A stretch of DNA of 64,000 nt from Octopus vulgaris (GCA_951406725.2 OX597820.1:101866001-101930000); one strand, 5' to 3'; shown: positions 35,720 to 49,323, counted from the first letter of the stretch. The notes: generated from the sequence alone by a model not told the origin. Numbers and translations are program-made.

Positions 35720-36200
35720 CATCATCTCATCATTTAGCATCCATTTCCCATGCTGGCATGGGTAAGATGGTTTGATTGAAGATGGTAAGCTGGAGCGCTG
35801 CACTAGTCTGTTTTAACTTGGTTTCTATGACTGGATACCCCTCCTAATGCCAACCACTATACAAAGTGTACTGGGTGTCTTTCATGTGTTGCTAGCACTG
35901 TCCATAACTATGATTTCATTCAGCTTGATTTGTCTTCTCAAGCACAGCAAATCACCAGAAGTCTTAGTCACTTGTCATTACTTCCATGAGACTCAACGTC
36001 TGAAGATTATGTTCTTTACCATTTCATCTTATGTCTTCATGGATCTACTACTTCCACAGGTTCTCTCCACTGTCAGAGATCAGCACTTCTTTATGTGGCT
36101 GTCCTCGCCCATATGCACATGACCATACCAGCACAGTCTTCTCTCTTGTACATGACAACTGATGCCTCCTATACACAATTTTTCTTTTAAGACACATTCT
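35720..36200 (-). mobile_element. 3' end of the same RTE LINE (ORF end plus family-E UTR)
   Basis: Reverse complement matches 28470-28740 (WYGHV.MGEDS..KKC.SLTVE.TCG), then the UTR. Confidence 0.75.
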
Positions 36201-38496
36201 ACTTGTTATTTAGCAGCAAATCAGCTTTGATTGAGCAAATCTATGATCGAAGACATTTCACCTGTGACTATTTTGTCAGACATCCAGATATGGTGTATAT
36301 ATCAAGGACTTCATTACCAAATATGTCTTTTTTAATTTTTGTCCTTTAGGAAGGCAGTACATAGCTTGAGTACAATTTGGCTGCTATTTCTGTCAGATTA
36401 AGTGACCAGGTAGAGGCTTCTTCACTGGCTCGACTGTTCATGTTGGTGTTAAACATTCCTGGTCAGGTCTTTATGGTTAGAGAGATAGATGATCAAACAT
36501 TTTGGAACAGTTCAAAATGTCATGTAATCCAGATATGAGAGACTTCAGAATGTTCTGAGATCATATTGAACATTCTGCCATGAAGTGTCTAGTTATGTAG
36601 GTATCAGAGCATACCGTCTTTCTAGTAAGAATGAAGTAATGGGTAATGACTGCAGTAGACATGGGCAAAGTGGACATAATGAATCTCTGAGAGCATTGAT
36701 TTTTGAAGTGACCAGTCATGGTAGTTATGTATGATGTGATATAAATTAAACTAGAAGGCATTGAAAATGGTTGGAACAAGCCTGAGAATATTGGTCTCTG
36801 TAGGTGTAATAATGCAGAATCAAGATATACACACATGTTCTGCAATGCAGACTTGGTCAATAAATTTAAGCATGAATGTTAGACATCTGAATCACTTTCA
36901 ACATCAACATGGCAAAGGTGATGATGAATAATATTAATTAAATACTTCTTGGTTTCAGGCTCAATCCCACTGCATGACACCTTGGGCAAGTGTTTTCAAC
37001 TATAACCCAGGACCCCAGCCCAAAATCTTGAGAGAGGATTTTGCAGATTGAAACTAAAAAGAAGCCCATCATGCATGCATGCACATATATATGCACATGT
37101 GTGTGTGTATGAATACTTTGCTTAGAAACGTGCAATGGTTGGTAGCAGGAAGGCTGTAGAAAAATTTGCTTCAACAAATTCTATGCAAGCATGGGAAAGT
37201 CAATGTAAAATTGATGATGATGACAATGATGACAACAATGATGAGTAATATTAGTTACATACATATTTTTCTTTGATATGAAAACAGAGATTTCAGAGAA
37301 TGCTTATAATGGAAAAACATTGGTACGTATTCTTTCTAAGTAACAGTATCATCCTCTAATGGTAACAGATACGGGAGGATTTACATCACACTACTAAAAT
37401 AATCAAAAAACAGCCAGCAGTGTCATTAGTCATGAAGAAAAGTACCAGATTATCATCTGGCGCCAAGTATCAAGTTCAGTCCAATAGTGAAAATAATATT
37501 TGAGCTGTGTTCTTTTCAAACATGCTCTTTATATCTCATTTTGTTCAACACAACAGATATTCTAGTTTGCATTTTTTCTCAATACATTTATCTACACTAT
37601 ATTCCATTATATATTTTATTTTACCCACTATCTATATATTTTATTTCAGAGTTCTAATTGTTGGCAACTTGATCTCAGACTATGTTTTAATATATAAAAA
37701 AAAATACAGACACTGCATGAAAAGTCATGATTGCCTACTCATTTAAAACACACACTTACATATTTCTTTAATCTTATGCTTATTTCAGTCACTGGGCTGC
37801 AACCATGCTGGAGAAATGTGTTGAAGGATTTTAGTCAAACAAATCAAAGCTGTACCTTTTTTTTTTTAAAGTCTGGTACTTATTCTGCAAGTCTCTCCCT
37901 TTTCATAAGCTACTAAGTTACAGGAACGTAAACGAATCAACACTAGTTGCCAAAAAGACACAAACAAATTGACTTTCACATAGTTTCCATGTACCAAATT
38001 CACTCCTAAGACATCAATCAGAGTACAGGTATAGTAGAAGACATTTGCCTAATGCACAGCACAGAGAAACTGAACCCAAAACCATGTGGGTACAAAGCAA
38101 GTTTCTTAACCACACAACCATGTTTGTACCTTGTATAATATAATATGATGGATGGATGGGTTCTACTTTGGTGTATGATCTACTTTAGGTTACTTTTTAA
38201 ATTATTTTGTACATATTTAACATTGTAAATGTATTTTTAAAATTTTTTTTCTATTTATAATAAGAAAACCATATAATAATTAAAATAAGCACATAGATCA
38301 CCCACCAAAGTAAATTTGCTCACGCAGATCACACGGAAAGTAGCACTAACACAAACTAAAAAGTAACCTAAAGTAATCTCCCTAGTAGATCATATGCCAA
38401 AGGAGCACTGATGGATAGACAGACAGACAGGTAGGTAGAGGGATAGGTAAATAGATAGATAAGTAGATAGATAGACAAACAGATAAATAAAAATAA

Positions 38497-38557
<61 letters not shown>

Positions 38558-38559
<2 letters not shown>

Positions 38560-38967
38560 CGCAGGAGTGGCTGTGTGGTAAGTAGCTTGCTAACCAACCA
38601 CATGGTTCTGGGTTCAGTCCCACTGCGTGGCATCTTGGGCAAGTGTCTTCTGCTATAGCCCCGGGCCGACCAATGCCTTGTGAGTGGATTTGGTAGACGG
38701 AAACTGAAAGAAGCCTGTCGTATATATGTATATGTATATATGTATGTGCGTGTATATGTTTGTGTGTCTGTGTTTGTCCATCTAGCATTGCTTGACAACC
38801 GATGCTGGTGTGTTTACGTCCCCGTCACTTAGCGGTTCGGCAAAAGGGACTGATAGAATAAGTACTGGGCTTACAAAGAATAAGTCCCGGGGTCGATTTG
38901 CTTGACTAAAGGTGGTGCTCCAGCATGGCCACAGTCAAAATGACTGAAACAAGTAAAAGATAAAAGA

Positions 38968-38968
<1 letters not shown>
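38558..38968 (+). mobile_element. SINE family A, young copy inserted in (TA)n
   Basis: Full copy flanked by TA arrays. Confidence 0.9.
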
Positions 38969-39045
<77 letters not shown>

Positions 39046-39477
39046 CACACCATTATATTCAGTATTTTATCATACAATCATGTTATGTGTATTTCAAATG
39101 GCTATCATCTCTCATACACAATGTAATTGTTTTACACTTACTTCCCGTGAATACAAAAGAAACCTACTTGTCTGTTTTAACTGACACTTATATGTATTCA
39201 CTAATGTTGTAAGTAGACAAAAACACTAAAGCCTTCATTATACTCATACACATCCTTTAATTATTAATTAGAAATACATGATAAAGGGGCACATAAATTG
39301 AGAAAATTACTGTATATTAACTTTGGTGTCATTAGAATTACATAATTACTTAGGATAGTAGAGGAATTTGACAGTGTAATGGATTGTTCAAGTTGAATGA
39401 GTACTAGGTAACCCAGCTGTGAGGGTCATTATAATTTACATCCATTTTCCCTTAGCAAGTAAAGGATAAAATAGTAA

Positions 39478-39770
39478 AGATCCCCTTTGGTCATGAATGA
39501 CCATGAGATTGCACCTAGGAAGCTCCCCTCCAATGCACAAGTCTGGGCAGGGTTGTTTTTTATGGAAGACTAGCAGTGAACCCATGCATACTAGCCACCC
39601 CGCTCCACGCCACCAATGTTATCCAAGGGAAAGGCAAAGGGGCCAATACAGCTTGGCATCAGTGACATTGCAACTCATTTCTACAGCTGAGTGAACTGGA
39701 ATAACGTGAAATAAAGGGTCTTGCTCAAGAACACAACACGCAGCCCAGACTGGGAATCAAATTTACTACC
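39478..39770 (-). mobile_element. SINE family D
   Basis: Reverse complement of 21940-22228. Confidence 0.8.
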
Positions 39771-40116
39771 ACAGCCAATGGAAGAGCCTCAACATAACTA
39801 TTTAATCTGCTACAATTAATAAGAAAATTTCCATCAAATTATACACAACCATATTAATAAAATATTTTTAAAAAATGAAGAAAAAAAAAGGAGAAACAGA
39901 CAGGAAACTGCAGTCCTAGATATGTTATGCCTGAACAAAAGAAAGGATTGTCATAGCTGGAAAACCTTTGATCATAAGATCAGCAGGAACAAGACTGATA
40001 CAGGCTAAATAACAAAAACAAGGAAGGACATTTCATAACATAGTCCTAGATACACTGTGTCTGCATCGAACTTGCGAAGGTCATTATTAGAATTCCTTAG
40101 AATTAACAAATCTGAT

Positions 40117-40327
40117 ACTCTTACTCTTTTACTTGTTTCAGTCATTTGACTGTGGCCATGCTGGAGCACCGCCTTTAGTCGAGCAAATCGATCCCGGGAC
40201 TTATTCTTTGTAAGCCCAGTACTTATTCTATCGGTCTCTTTTTGCCGAACCGCTAAGTGACGGGGACGTAAATACACCAGCATCGGTTGTCAAGCAATGC
40301 TAGGGACACACACAAACACACACGGAC

Positions 40328-40358
<31 letters not shown>

Positions 40359-40523
40359 TACGACGGGCTTCTTTCAGTTTCCGTCTACCAAATCCACTCA
40401 CAAGGCATTGGTCGGCCCGGGGCTATAGCAGAAGACACTTGCCCAAGATGCCACACAGTGGGACTGAACCTGCAACCATGTGGTTGGTTAGCAAGCTACT
40501 TACCACACAGCTACTCCTGCACC
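40117..40523 (-). mobile_element. SINE family A, young copy
   Basis: Inverted relative to 38558-38968, about 1.15 kb away. Confidence 0.9.
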
Positions 40524-40906
40524 TATGTGTCAGAGTTTTACATAAACTGATGGAAAACAAGAAAGGACAAATTAGATAATGTAGTCCAAGACATACAGTG
40601 TCCAAATAAAAGTTGAGTTTATTATTATCAGAACTTCTAAGGCAGCAAGCTGGCAGAATCGTTAGCATATTGGGCGAAATGCTTAGTGGTATTTCATCTG
40701 TTTTCACATTCTGAGTTCAAATTCTGTCAAGGTCACCTTTATCTTTCATCCTTTTGGGGTTGATAAATTAAGTACCAGTGAAACACTGGGGCCAATGTAA
40801 TTGGCTATCCCCCTTCCCTAAAATTTAAGGCCTTGTGCCTGTAGTAGAAATGATCATTATCAGGACTTCTTTGGTCATAGACCTGCTGAATCTAGGCCAA
40901 CCTAAA

Positions 40907-41282
40907 TCTCTATATATATAAAGCTGAAGTTGTTTGTGTATAGCAGGTTTGGTAGCCTTCAACTAACACTATCTCACCCGAGACCCTGCGGCGCAAGTTG
41001 ACCAAAATTAAGAGTATGATAGAAGGCTTGCTCTTCCTTCTGTAGAAGAAAAAATTCAAATCTGACCATGTTAACACCAAAAATTATTTACATCAAAAAG
41101 GTACTTTTTTTTTTTTATGAAAATCCCTATTTTTTCCAATTTTTTGACTGCCATGTCACCATTTTTCGATGTATTTCAAACAGAAAAATGTTCACTTAAA
41201 GAGAATAACAAGATACTTAATTCAAAAATTCCAATTCTAAAGGGTCAAAACAAACCTGAGCAACGCCAGGCGATACTGCTAG
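40907..41282 (+). mobile_element. Non-autonomous Helitron
   Basis: 5' TC, subterminal hairpin cctgagcaacgccagg, 3' CTAG, inserted between A and T. Second copy at 46161-46560(-). Confidence 0.85.
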
Positions 41283-41923
41283 TTAAACTATAATGACAAA
41301 GAGGGACATATTGGATAATGAAGCGTAAGATACACAATGTTAGAATGAAAGACTCGATAGTCACAATTGCAACTTCTCTAACAAAAGACATACTCAATTA
41401 CAAGTGGACTGAACATCTATAACAATGATCTAGTCCTGAATCCTTTAGACCTAAGCAATACACAGAAGTTAAACAACAACTATTATTAATGGTTTGGGGA
41501 TTTTAACAGTAATACCATTTATATATATAGCTTGGATCATCAATTGCATCCAGTTCAACATTATTACTGATGACCCAATCACAGAGCCTTGTTCAGCTAG
41601 AAGTACCAGTTAAATCCCAAACAAATTCAAACTGTAGCATCTTAAGAAAGATACATTGTATAGCATTGTTCTTAGTACACTGTGCCTTGGAAAAAGATTG
41701 GGATAGTCATGGATGAAATGCTTTTAATTATAGGAATGCTCAGTCAGACAATATAAGTGCTCCAAATTCAAACCATGACACACTAGAATCATATCTTTTA
41801 AACATCCAAGGTTGACATTATATAGGCACAAAGATGGCTGCATGATTTGGATACAGTCTTGCTGAGTGGCATCTTGGGCAAATGTCTTTTGCTATAGCTC
41901 AGGACTGATCAATGTCTCATGAG

Positions 41924-41954
<31 letters not shown>

Positions 41955-42624
41955 ATAAAAACGGTAAGATAACAAAAGAAAGAAAGAGACCTCAATATCA
42001 TGTAAATATAGAGGAATTTATCTGTAAATGTAATATGTGACAATTATTCGGTAGCCAAGGAAGAAATCCATGCCACCATCTCTTCAGTTATACATATTGT
42101 AAATAATTATATACGAAATATAATTCAATTAATACATTAAAATTAAAATTATAATTTTCATGCTGCATTACATAAATATTTTACAACAATATATACAGAT
42201 ATCAAACCATCAATATACATATATACATCAAAATACACAGATGGATGCACACAGACTACATACATATACAGACATCAATATGTATGTAGTCTGCTCACAT
42301 GCAAAAATCACTTGGTGTATACATATAGAAGTCATAAGAGACAAGCTAGATGAAAAGTAAATTTTAAAACGTAGGGAGGGGGAAAGAAAAAGAAAAGGAA
42401 GGATCTTAAATGTAAGAGACAGCGAGGGAAAGAGGAGAGAAGAGGAACGCATTGTTAATAGACCCTATACAAGTAACAAATAGGGAGAGAAAGGATACTT
42501 TCCGTAACGAAGGAACAGAAAGAAAGGTGGCTGAATATGTGTAACGAACGTACACAAAATAAAATTACGTATATGTGTATACAAAAGTGAATATTAGCAT
42601 AAATACACATATAAGATCATATAA

Positions 42625-43060
42625 ATCAAAATCGAAATCGTTCAACATCAATGGAAATTGTAGGTGTGATACCAGTGCTGGTGGCACGTAAGGGAACCAT
42701 CCGAACGTGGCTGTTGCCAGCGCCACCCAGACTGGCCTCTGTGCCGGTGGCACGTAAAAAGCACCATCCAATTGTGGCCATTGCCAGCCTCGTCTGGCCC
42801 CCCCGTGCCAGTGGCACGTAAAAAGCACCATCCGATCGTGGCTGTTTGCCAGCCTCGTCTGGCACTCGTGCCGGTGGCACGTAAAAAACACCCACTACAC
42901 TCACGGGAGTGGTTAGCATTAGGAAGGGCATCCAGCTGTAGAAACACTGCCAGATCAGACCGGGCCTGGCACAGCCTTCTGGCTTCCCAGACCCCTGTTG
43001 AACCGTCCAACCCATGCTAGCATGGAAAACGGACGTTAAACAATGATGATGATGATGATA
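42625..43060 (+). repeat. RTE 3'-UTR repeat (family E) with four ~60-bp units
   Basis: aaatc repeats, then ggtggcacgtaaaaagcaccatccg units and a (GAT)n tail. Confidence 0.85.
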
Positions 43061-43249
43061 TAAATATATGGAAATCTGTACGTAAATACACAGCCACACA
43101 AATATAAGTGAATATATGCATACATATACATGCATGTAAGTAGACACTTGCAACATAGTGGGACTGAACCCGGAACCATGTGGTTGGGAAGCAAACTTCT
43201 TACCACATATGCACCGTTATATATATATATATAACTTTCCTCTCACACC

Positions 43250-43301
43250 GTCTCCGATGAAGGGATATTATTAATAAATATCCTAGAAACAGCTGTAAGA
43301 C
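43250..43301 (+). ncRNA. Type-I hammerhead-like motif (U4->C)
   Basis: gtct-CCGATGA-ag-GGATATT-attaata-AATATCC-ta-GAAA-CAGCT-GTA-agac. Stem I gtct/agac, palindromic stem III ACAGCTGT, within a (TA)n-bounded unit. Confidence 0.65.
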
Positions 43302-44399
43302 CTTCTATCCATAAATGCTCCAGTATCTATACAGCCTTGGTTTTTTATCTTATTACGCAAAAAATTCTTATATACACACGCTGACATAGAACCAACGTTG
43401 AACCCTTTATTTGCAATATTACCGAATCTGGAACTTAGCTATGGTCTGTCTATAGCACTTATTCAACATTACCTGACACCTTTGGGTCTCAATGACACCA
43501 TTATCTCTTATATATATATATATATATATAAAAACAGTAGGCTTCTGTAGCACATATGCTTGTCTTTGTGTTTGTCCCCTACCCATTACTTGACAAGTGG
43601 CATTGGTTTGTTTATATCCCTATAAAAAGGATGAATAAAATAAGTATCATATTTAAAAAGTGCCAGAATTAATTTTTTCAACTAAATCCTTCAAGGCGGT
43701 GTCCAAGTATAGCCACAGACCAATGGCTAAAACAAATAGAAGATAAAAGAAAAATGGTAAAGTCATCTACTGAGGTCAATGTTACAAAACAATTTCTTAA
43801 ACTATACATTAATGAACCTGATTGTAAAATTCCCAAATATAAGAATGCCTTTAATTTCAAAAATAAATTGATGAAGATTGAAGCAAATCAATATTCTTTT
43901 ATATTTTCAGATAATAGTCTTAATGTGTTTTAAATCAGTTGATTATTGAATCAGTTGACACATCCAAATTGTTGTATCTTTATATTTCAGCAATTAATTA
44001 ACAAAGAAACTGTTATCGTACAATTAATGGCTTGGTCGGCAATTAATGGCTTGGTCAGGTAGGAATTGAGTGATGTTAATATCAAGAATGTGGAAAGCAA
44101 TACAGCAATGTTAATTATTAATAATTCTTTCTACTATAAGCACAAGGTCAGAAAATTTGTGGAGAGGGAACTAGTCAATAACATCAACCCCGGTGCTCAA
44201 CTGGCATTTATTTTATTGATCTTAAAGAGATGAAAGGCAAAATTATCCTCAAATGGTGAAAAGTGAAGTTGACCTTGGTGGAATTTGAACTCAGTATGTA
44301 AAGTTGTAAGAAATACTGCTAAGCATTTCATTTGGCACGCTAACAATCCTGTTAGCTTTCTGCCTTATGTTAACTAATAGTAATACCTATCTGTGGCTT

Positions 44400-45450
44400 G
44401 AAACAAATAGAAAACACCATAATACTTGAAAGCAAGCAAAGGAAAATTGATTAGGATAATATAGAAACCTGAGAAGAAATATAAATAAATAACTGTTCTT
44501 AATACAAATCATAAGCTAGCTACACTGAAACTACGTTTAGATGAAGACAAAATAGAAGTTAAGCAAAAAGCAAAAGACATACTCAAAATGGAATTCCAAA
44601 ATATAGAAAAGAAAAAAAAATGAGAAAAAAACTATTCCATGGCCAATATCATGTAAAACTCAATGGAGTGAAAGTCAAAGTAAAAATTAACACTTTGAGC
44701 TAAAAGTCAAAAGGATTTGATTTTAGTTGCACAAGAGCAGGGCTTAACCACAAACAACTACAAAGAACAACTAATGAATCAAGAGGCTTAAGTTGAGTGC
44801 AGAAGTGCAATCAATATAATGAATCAATTAATCACATCATTTTCAAGCTGCTTTGCAAAGCCAGAATATAACCACAGATATCAGCTATACATCAGTTGTG
44901 CAATAAGCCGACACTTTGATGTGAAATTGGAGAAGCGATACAAACATGTACCAAACACAATATATAATGATAATCTGGTTACAACAATCTGGTATACAAC
45001 TATCTAAACTGACAAAGTAATCGAAGCAACTTTCTGTGAGACAATTATCAAGTCTGGACAAAAATCTCTGAACAAAATCAATCTTTTCTGAGCAACTAAA
45101 TTGATTTTTTCTCAACAAAACCTATCAAAGTACAAGCATCATCAAATGGAAATAAACAAGATGTGGAATATAAAAGTCAAAACAGTACTAATAATAAATG
45201 GAGTATTTGTTTCAGTCATTGGACTGCAGCCATGCTGGGGTACAACCTTAAAAACAAGAAATGTTAAAAAAAAAAAAAAGGTATACAATTAATTACAATT
45301 CTACACAGTGAAATATAAAGTCCTTCTTGGAAAAACCTACACCCTATGCTCAATACTTTCAATTCAAAAAGCACAACTCATACAACAGATATAAAACACA
45401 ATAACCACCTGACAAAATATTGCTTCTCTCATAAAATATATTCTAGATAA
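44400..45450 (+). mobile_element. Decayed R4/Dong-clade non-LTR retrotransposon 3' region
   Basis: Across frames: LFHGQY, VAQEQGLTTNNYK, CRKC-like..ESINHII.SC (CCHC knuckle), EYNHRY, YKHVPNTI...TIW..TDKVIEA, and a C-terminal VLLGKTYTLCSILSI. Confidence 0.7.
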
Positions 45451-46160
45451 CAAATAGAAAAAACACTGACACTGGTTTCAAATTTTGGCACAAGGCCTGC
45501 AATTTCAGGGGTAGGGTAAGTTGAATATATCAATCCTATTGTCCAACTGGTTCTGATTTTATTGACCTCAAAAGGATGAAAGGCAAAGTCAAGCTTGGCA
45601 GAATTACATCTCAGAACATAAAGATGGATGAAACGCTGCTAAGCATTTTAGCTGGCATGCTAACAATTCTAACAGAAAAAAAAAATTCCCCAAACTAAGC
45701 AAAATACATACAGTATATATACACAATCCTACACAAGCAAAATACACAATGTTACATACAGTAAAGGAACACAATGACGCACCTAGAAGTGAATTTGAAT
45801 GAAGCTATTGCAAACAATAATAATATTGATCATAACGTTTGTACATTTTGGCACATACTCTAACCAAATGAGATAAGTTATGACCACCACCACAACGAAG
45901 CAGTGTAAAATTTGTACTGATGTTCTCTAGAACACGCACATACATTGCATGCAATAAAAAAAAATCTTTACAACTATTAATTAGTTGGTTTATGATGGTA
46001 GCAGTGACGATATATCCAATTAATTTTTGGCAACGACTTACTGCCTCCATTTGTCTTCATTTTGGCAGACTCAATAGATAATGTCGAAATGTTAAAGTAT
46101 GAAAGAGTAAGAACATTGCAGAGGAACATTGCGCATAACAAATATGTGAATATATATATA

Positions 46161-46560
46161 CTAGCAGTATAGCCCGGCGTTGCTCGAGCTTGTTTTCTTT
46201 TCAACCCTTTAGAATTGGAATTTTTGGAAAGTAAAGATTTGGCATTATGTAGCTTGTTATTCTCTTTAAGTGAAGATTTTTCTGGTTGAAATACACCAAA
46301 AAATGGCGACACAGCAGTCAAAAAATTGTAAAAAATAGGGATTTTTATAGAAAAAAAGCACCTTTTTGATGTAAATAATTTTTGGTCTTAACATGGTCCG
46401 ATTTGAATTTTTTCTTCTATGGAATGAAGCGCAAGCTTTCTTCTATCATACTTTCAACTTTGGTCAACTTGTGCCGCAGGGTCTTGGAGGAGATAGTGTT
46501 AGTTGAAGGTTACCAAACCTGCCATACACACACAGACAACTTCAGCTTTATATATATATA
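46161..46560 (-). mobile_element. Non-autonomous Helitron, second copy
   Basis: Reverse complement of 40907-41282, with CTAG end and hairpin cccggcgttgctcg. Confidence 0.85.
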
Positions 46561-46707
46561 TATATATACATACACACACACACACACAGAAGTGATATAT
46601 ATATATACAGTAAGCATGTTGCATAAGTATAGTGGGATGAAAAGTCTTTCATCAGCTGAGTATATCCTACCAATTAGGAGATAAAAACTCCCACTAAGAA
46701 AGTTTAA

Positions 46708-46995
46708 TCCTTTAGCATTCAGATTATTCTGTCAAATGTAAAGCTTATGTATTTACACCATTTTAAATTAATCATGCATTTTTTCATGGGCTTTGAGGTT
46801 TCAATGATGTTTTTTTTAAATTTTATTTTATCTAGTTTCAGCTCACGAGCTGTGGCCATGCTGGGGCACCGCCATGTGATTGTTTATTTTTAAAATGACA
46901 CTATAAGGTAGCTATGAAAGACCATATCTGACCAGTTTGAAGATAAAACAGGTAGAATATTTTGGCGAGTTATGGCTGGTATAAGTACTAAAGGG
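46708..46995. mobile_element. TTAA-target (piggyBac-type) MITE
   Basis: TTAA flanks and CCTTTAGCA/TACTAAAGGG ends. Sister copy at 55983-56203. Confidence 0.75.
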
Positions 46996-47245
46996 TTAAA
47001 ATCAGATAACAAGCAAGATAAATCCTTGTACTCAAGAGAAAAAAACTCCCTCTAAGAATGCTTAAAATCTTAAAGAACAAGCAAAGGAGATAAACCTAAA
47101 CCTTTAAAAAACAAAAACTTTCTCTACAAGTGTTTAAAATCTAAAAAACAAGCAAGGAGATAAGGAGATAAATTCTAGCTATCAAGAGTTGAAAATTTCC
47201 TCAAGGTGAGTTTAAAATCTAGAAAGCAAAAGAGATAAATAAGGT
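46996..47245. repeat. ~60-65-bp degenerate tandem repeat (ttaaaatct..aacaagcaaggagataaa)
   Basis: About four units visible. Confidence 0.6.
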
Positions 47246-47595
47246 CAGTTGCTTGAAATTTTTAGACAAAGGAGACAAGTACTTTTTATTGTACCCAATT
47301 TTTATCTTTTATCCATTTCAGTCATGCTGGGGCACAGCCTTAAAAACAAGAAATGTTAAAAATACAAAAGGCATACAATTACTTATAATTTTACACAGTG
47401 AAATATATAGGCCTTCTAGGAAAAACCTTCATCCTATGCATTATACTTTCAATTCAATAAGCACAACTCAAACAGATATAAAACAATAACCACCCAGCAA
47501 AATACCGCTTCTCTCATAACGTATATTCTACATAACAAATAGATAAAACACTGATATTGGTTTCAAATTTTGGCACAAGACCTGTGATCTATTAA

Positions 47596-47920
47596 CCCTT
47601 TCGTTACTATATTTCTAACCAAAATACACTCCTTATGTGTTTCAATTAATTTCTAACATGATCATAAATTTAGTCTGGTTTCATTAAACAACTGTAACTT
47701 TTTTATTTATCAATATATTAATGTGATTTTTGGAAGATAATTTAACAAAAGGTTCTCAACTAATTCTATACCATAATTTTTGTCACAAAGTGACTCTAAC
47801 TGCAGGTAGATACAGGTAAATACAGGTAAATTCAACAAAATTATGGGCGGTTTTGGGTGGCTATTTCACACGAGCCAAAATTTTTTTGGGGCGGCTTTGG
47901 ATGCTTTGGTAACAAAAGGG
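47596..47920. mobile_element. 325-bp piggyBac MITE, same family as 13839-14888
   Basis: TTAA TSDs, the same TIR, and the first ~240 bp nearly identical to 13839-14075. Confidence 0.9.
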
Positions 47921-49273
47921 TTAACTAAGGAACAGTTTCTAAAATTTAGCAGTAATTTAACCAGGTCACATAAATGAATATATGCTTCGCAATTCCCTCA
48001 CAGTTGAATGTTGTTTAACCCTAGGTCAGTCCTGATTAAGTTGACCCAGGTTCAAGACATTGCATTTGTGACTTCTTTTATTCAAGCAGAGTATACTTAG
48101 GACTACATTCTCCTATGCTGCCTTCCATTTTATTGTCGTTTTTTTTTGCAAAAGATGATAGGGTGTGATTTGAGGGAGATTTGGCTGCTATTTCAAATGA
48201 TCATGTCGGTGTTACCCTTGTTAGTTTGAAACATTGCTGCTACATAGCATAAGTCAGATCATCTTGATCAGACCTAGAAGACAAATATCAGATGACAAAA
48301 CAAATCACTTGATCAACATGGCTACCAGATCTTTTAAGCGACAAGATTTAATTCTCGATATCCACAATTTCCATTTTAATGCTAGTGAGGATATCGATAA
48401 AGAGAAACCTGACTGCCATACTGAATAGGTTAAATGAATATGTAAAAGTTCTTCAGTTGGCTCAAAAAGCATCTTTGTTGACTCAAAAATTTTTCCCATT
48501 GTCAATACAAAAAAAAGAAAAAAAAAAAACTATTTACTCTACTAGCTTCTTGGCAGTTACTCACTGGCTTATTCTCTCTAAATTTAATATTCTAGCCAAA
48601 GATTTCTATCTTGAACTCTCATCACTCTTCTTTCTTGTATGTTCTACTATAGTGGTTTAATTTTTAGAGTTTATTTTTTTAATACCCCTCCCCTCTTATT
48701 TAAGTATGGTTATTCCAGCACTCTATCACTTTACATGCTTTCTACATGTAAACCATTAATCCAAAGTGACAAAGCCAAATTTTTCAATACAACAAAGTTT
48801 TCAAGACAAATTACTTCTGCAGAAAAAAAATACACCTCCACAAAAACAAAAATATTCAACAACCAAAACACCACTAACACTTTTTATCCTGTTCAATTAT
48901 AAACTTGATGGATGAGAAAAGTGAACTCTTTTTAGGGTGGTAGTGGAGGTGGTTTTCTCTAATTTTTTTCTTAAACCTCTAGGCATAAACTGAAGTGATT
49001 AGTATCAACCAAGAAATAAGAATGAAATAAATACCATCACAAGGAAATACTATTTTAGTTATGTGTTTTTCATGGAGTCTTTTTTTTCACCCTTTTCTTT
49101 CTTTATATTTTAAGTATTTTTTTAAAATTTTACATTTTGAAATTGTAGTTCTTGGGTAATAAACTTCACCAACTACTAGCTATAGTAATACTTCAGAACA
49201 AGGTTAATTAAAGCTTGACTTAGCCAATATGACAAGTGAGGGCAAATGTAATTAGGTAAGCAACAAATATAAT

Positions 49274-49323
<50 letters not shown>

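Larger units (their letters stand above)
39775..41760 (-). repeat. Cluster of family-G repeat fragments interrupted by SINE A, SINE C and a Helitron
   Basis: Recurrent ggaca.att.gataatgtagtcc.agatacac.gtg..gatggtca..gctggaatgcctttgatcatag. Plus-strand copies at 36215-36430, 48015-48230 and 58460-58610. Confidence 0.55.

Noticed and set aside
42061-42095. CTGAAGA-GATGG on the minus strand in a TA-bounded unit, a possible further hammerhead
   Set aside because: No GAAA/stem III half is visible, so at most a deleted remnant.
42660-42900. Regularly spaced ~60-bp repeats resembling a CRISPR array
   Set aside because: The intervening parts are homologous rather than unique spacers, the context is a eukaryotic LINE UTR, and there are no cas genes.
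48305-48505. Minus-strand ORF considered as an upstream TP53I11 exon (also 36561-36860, 45805-46050, 25616-25801)
   Set aside because: No similarity to the TP53I11 N-terminus and no convincing splice-site pair.
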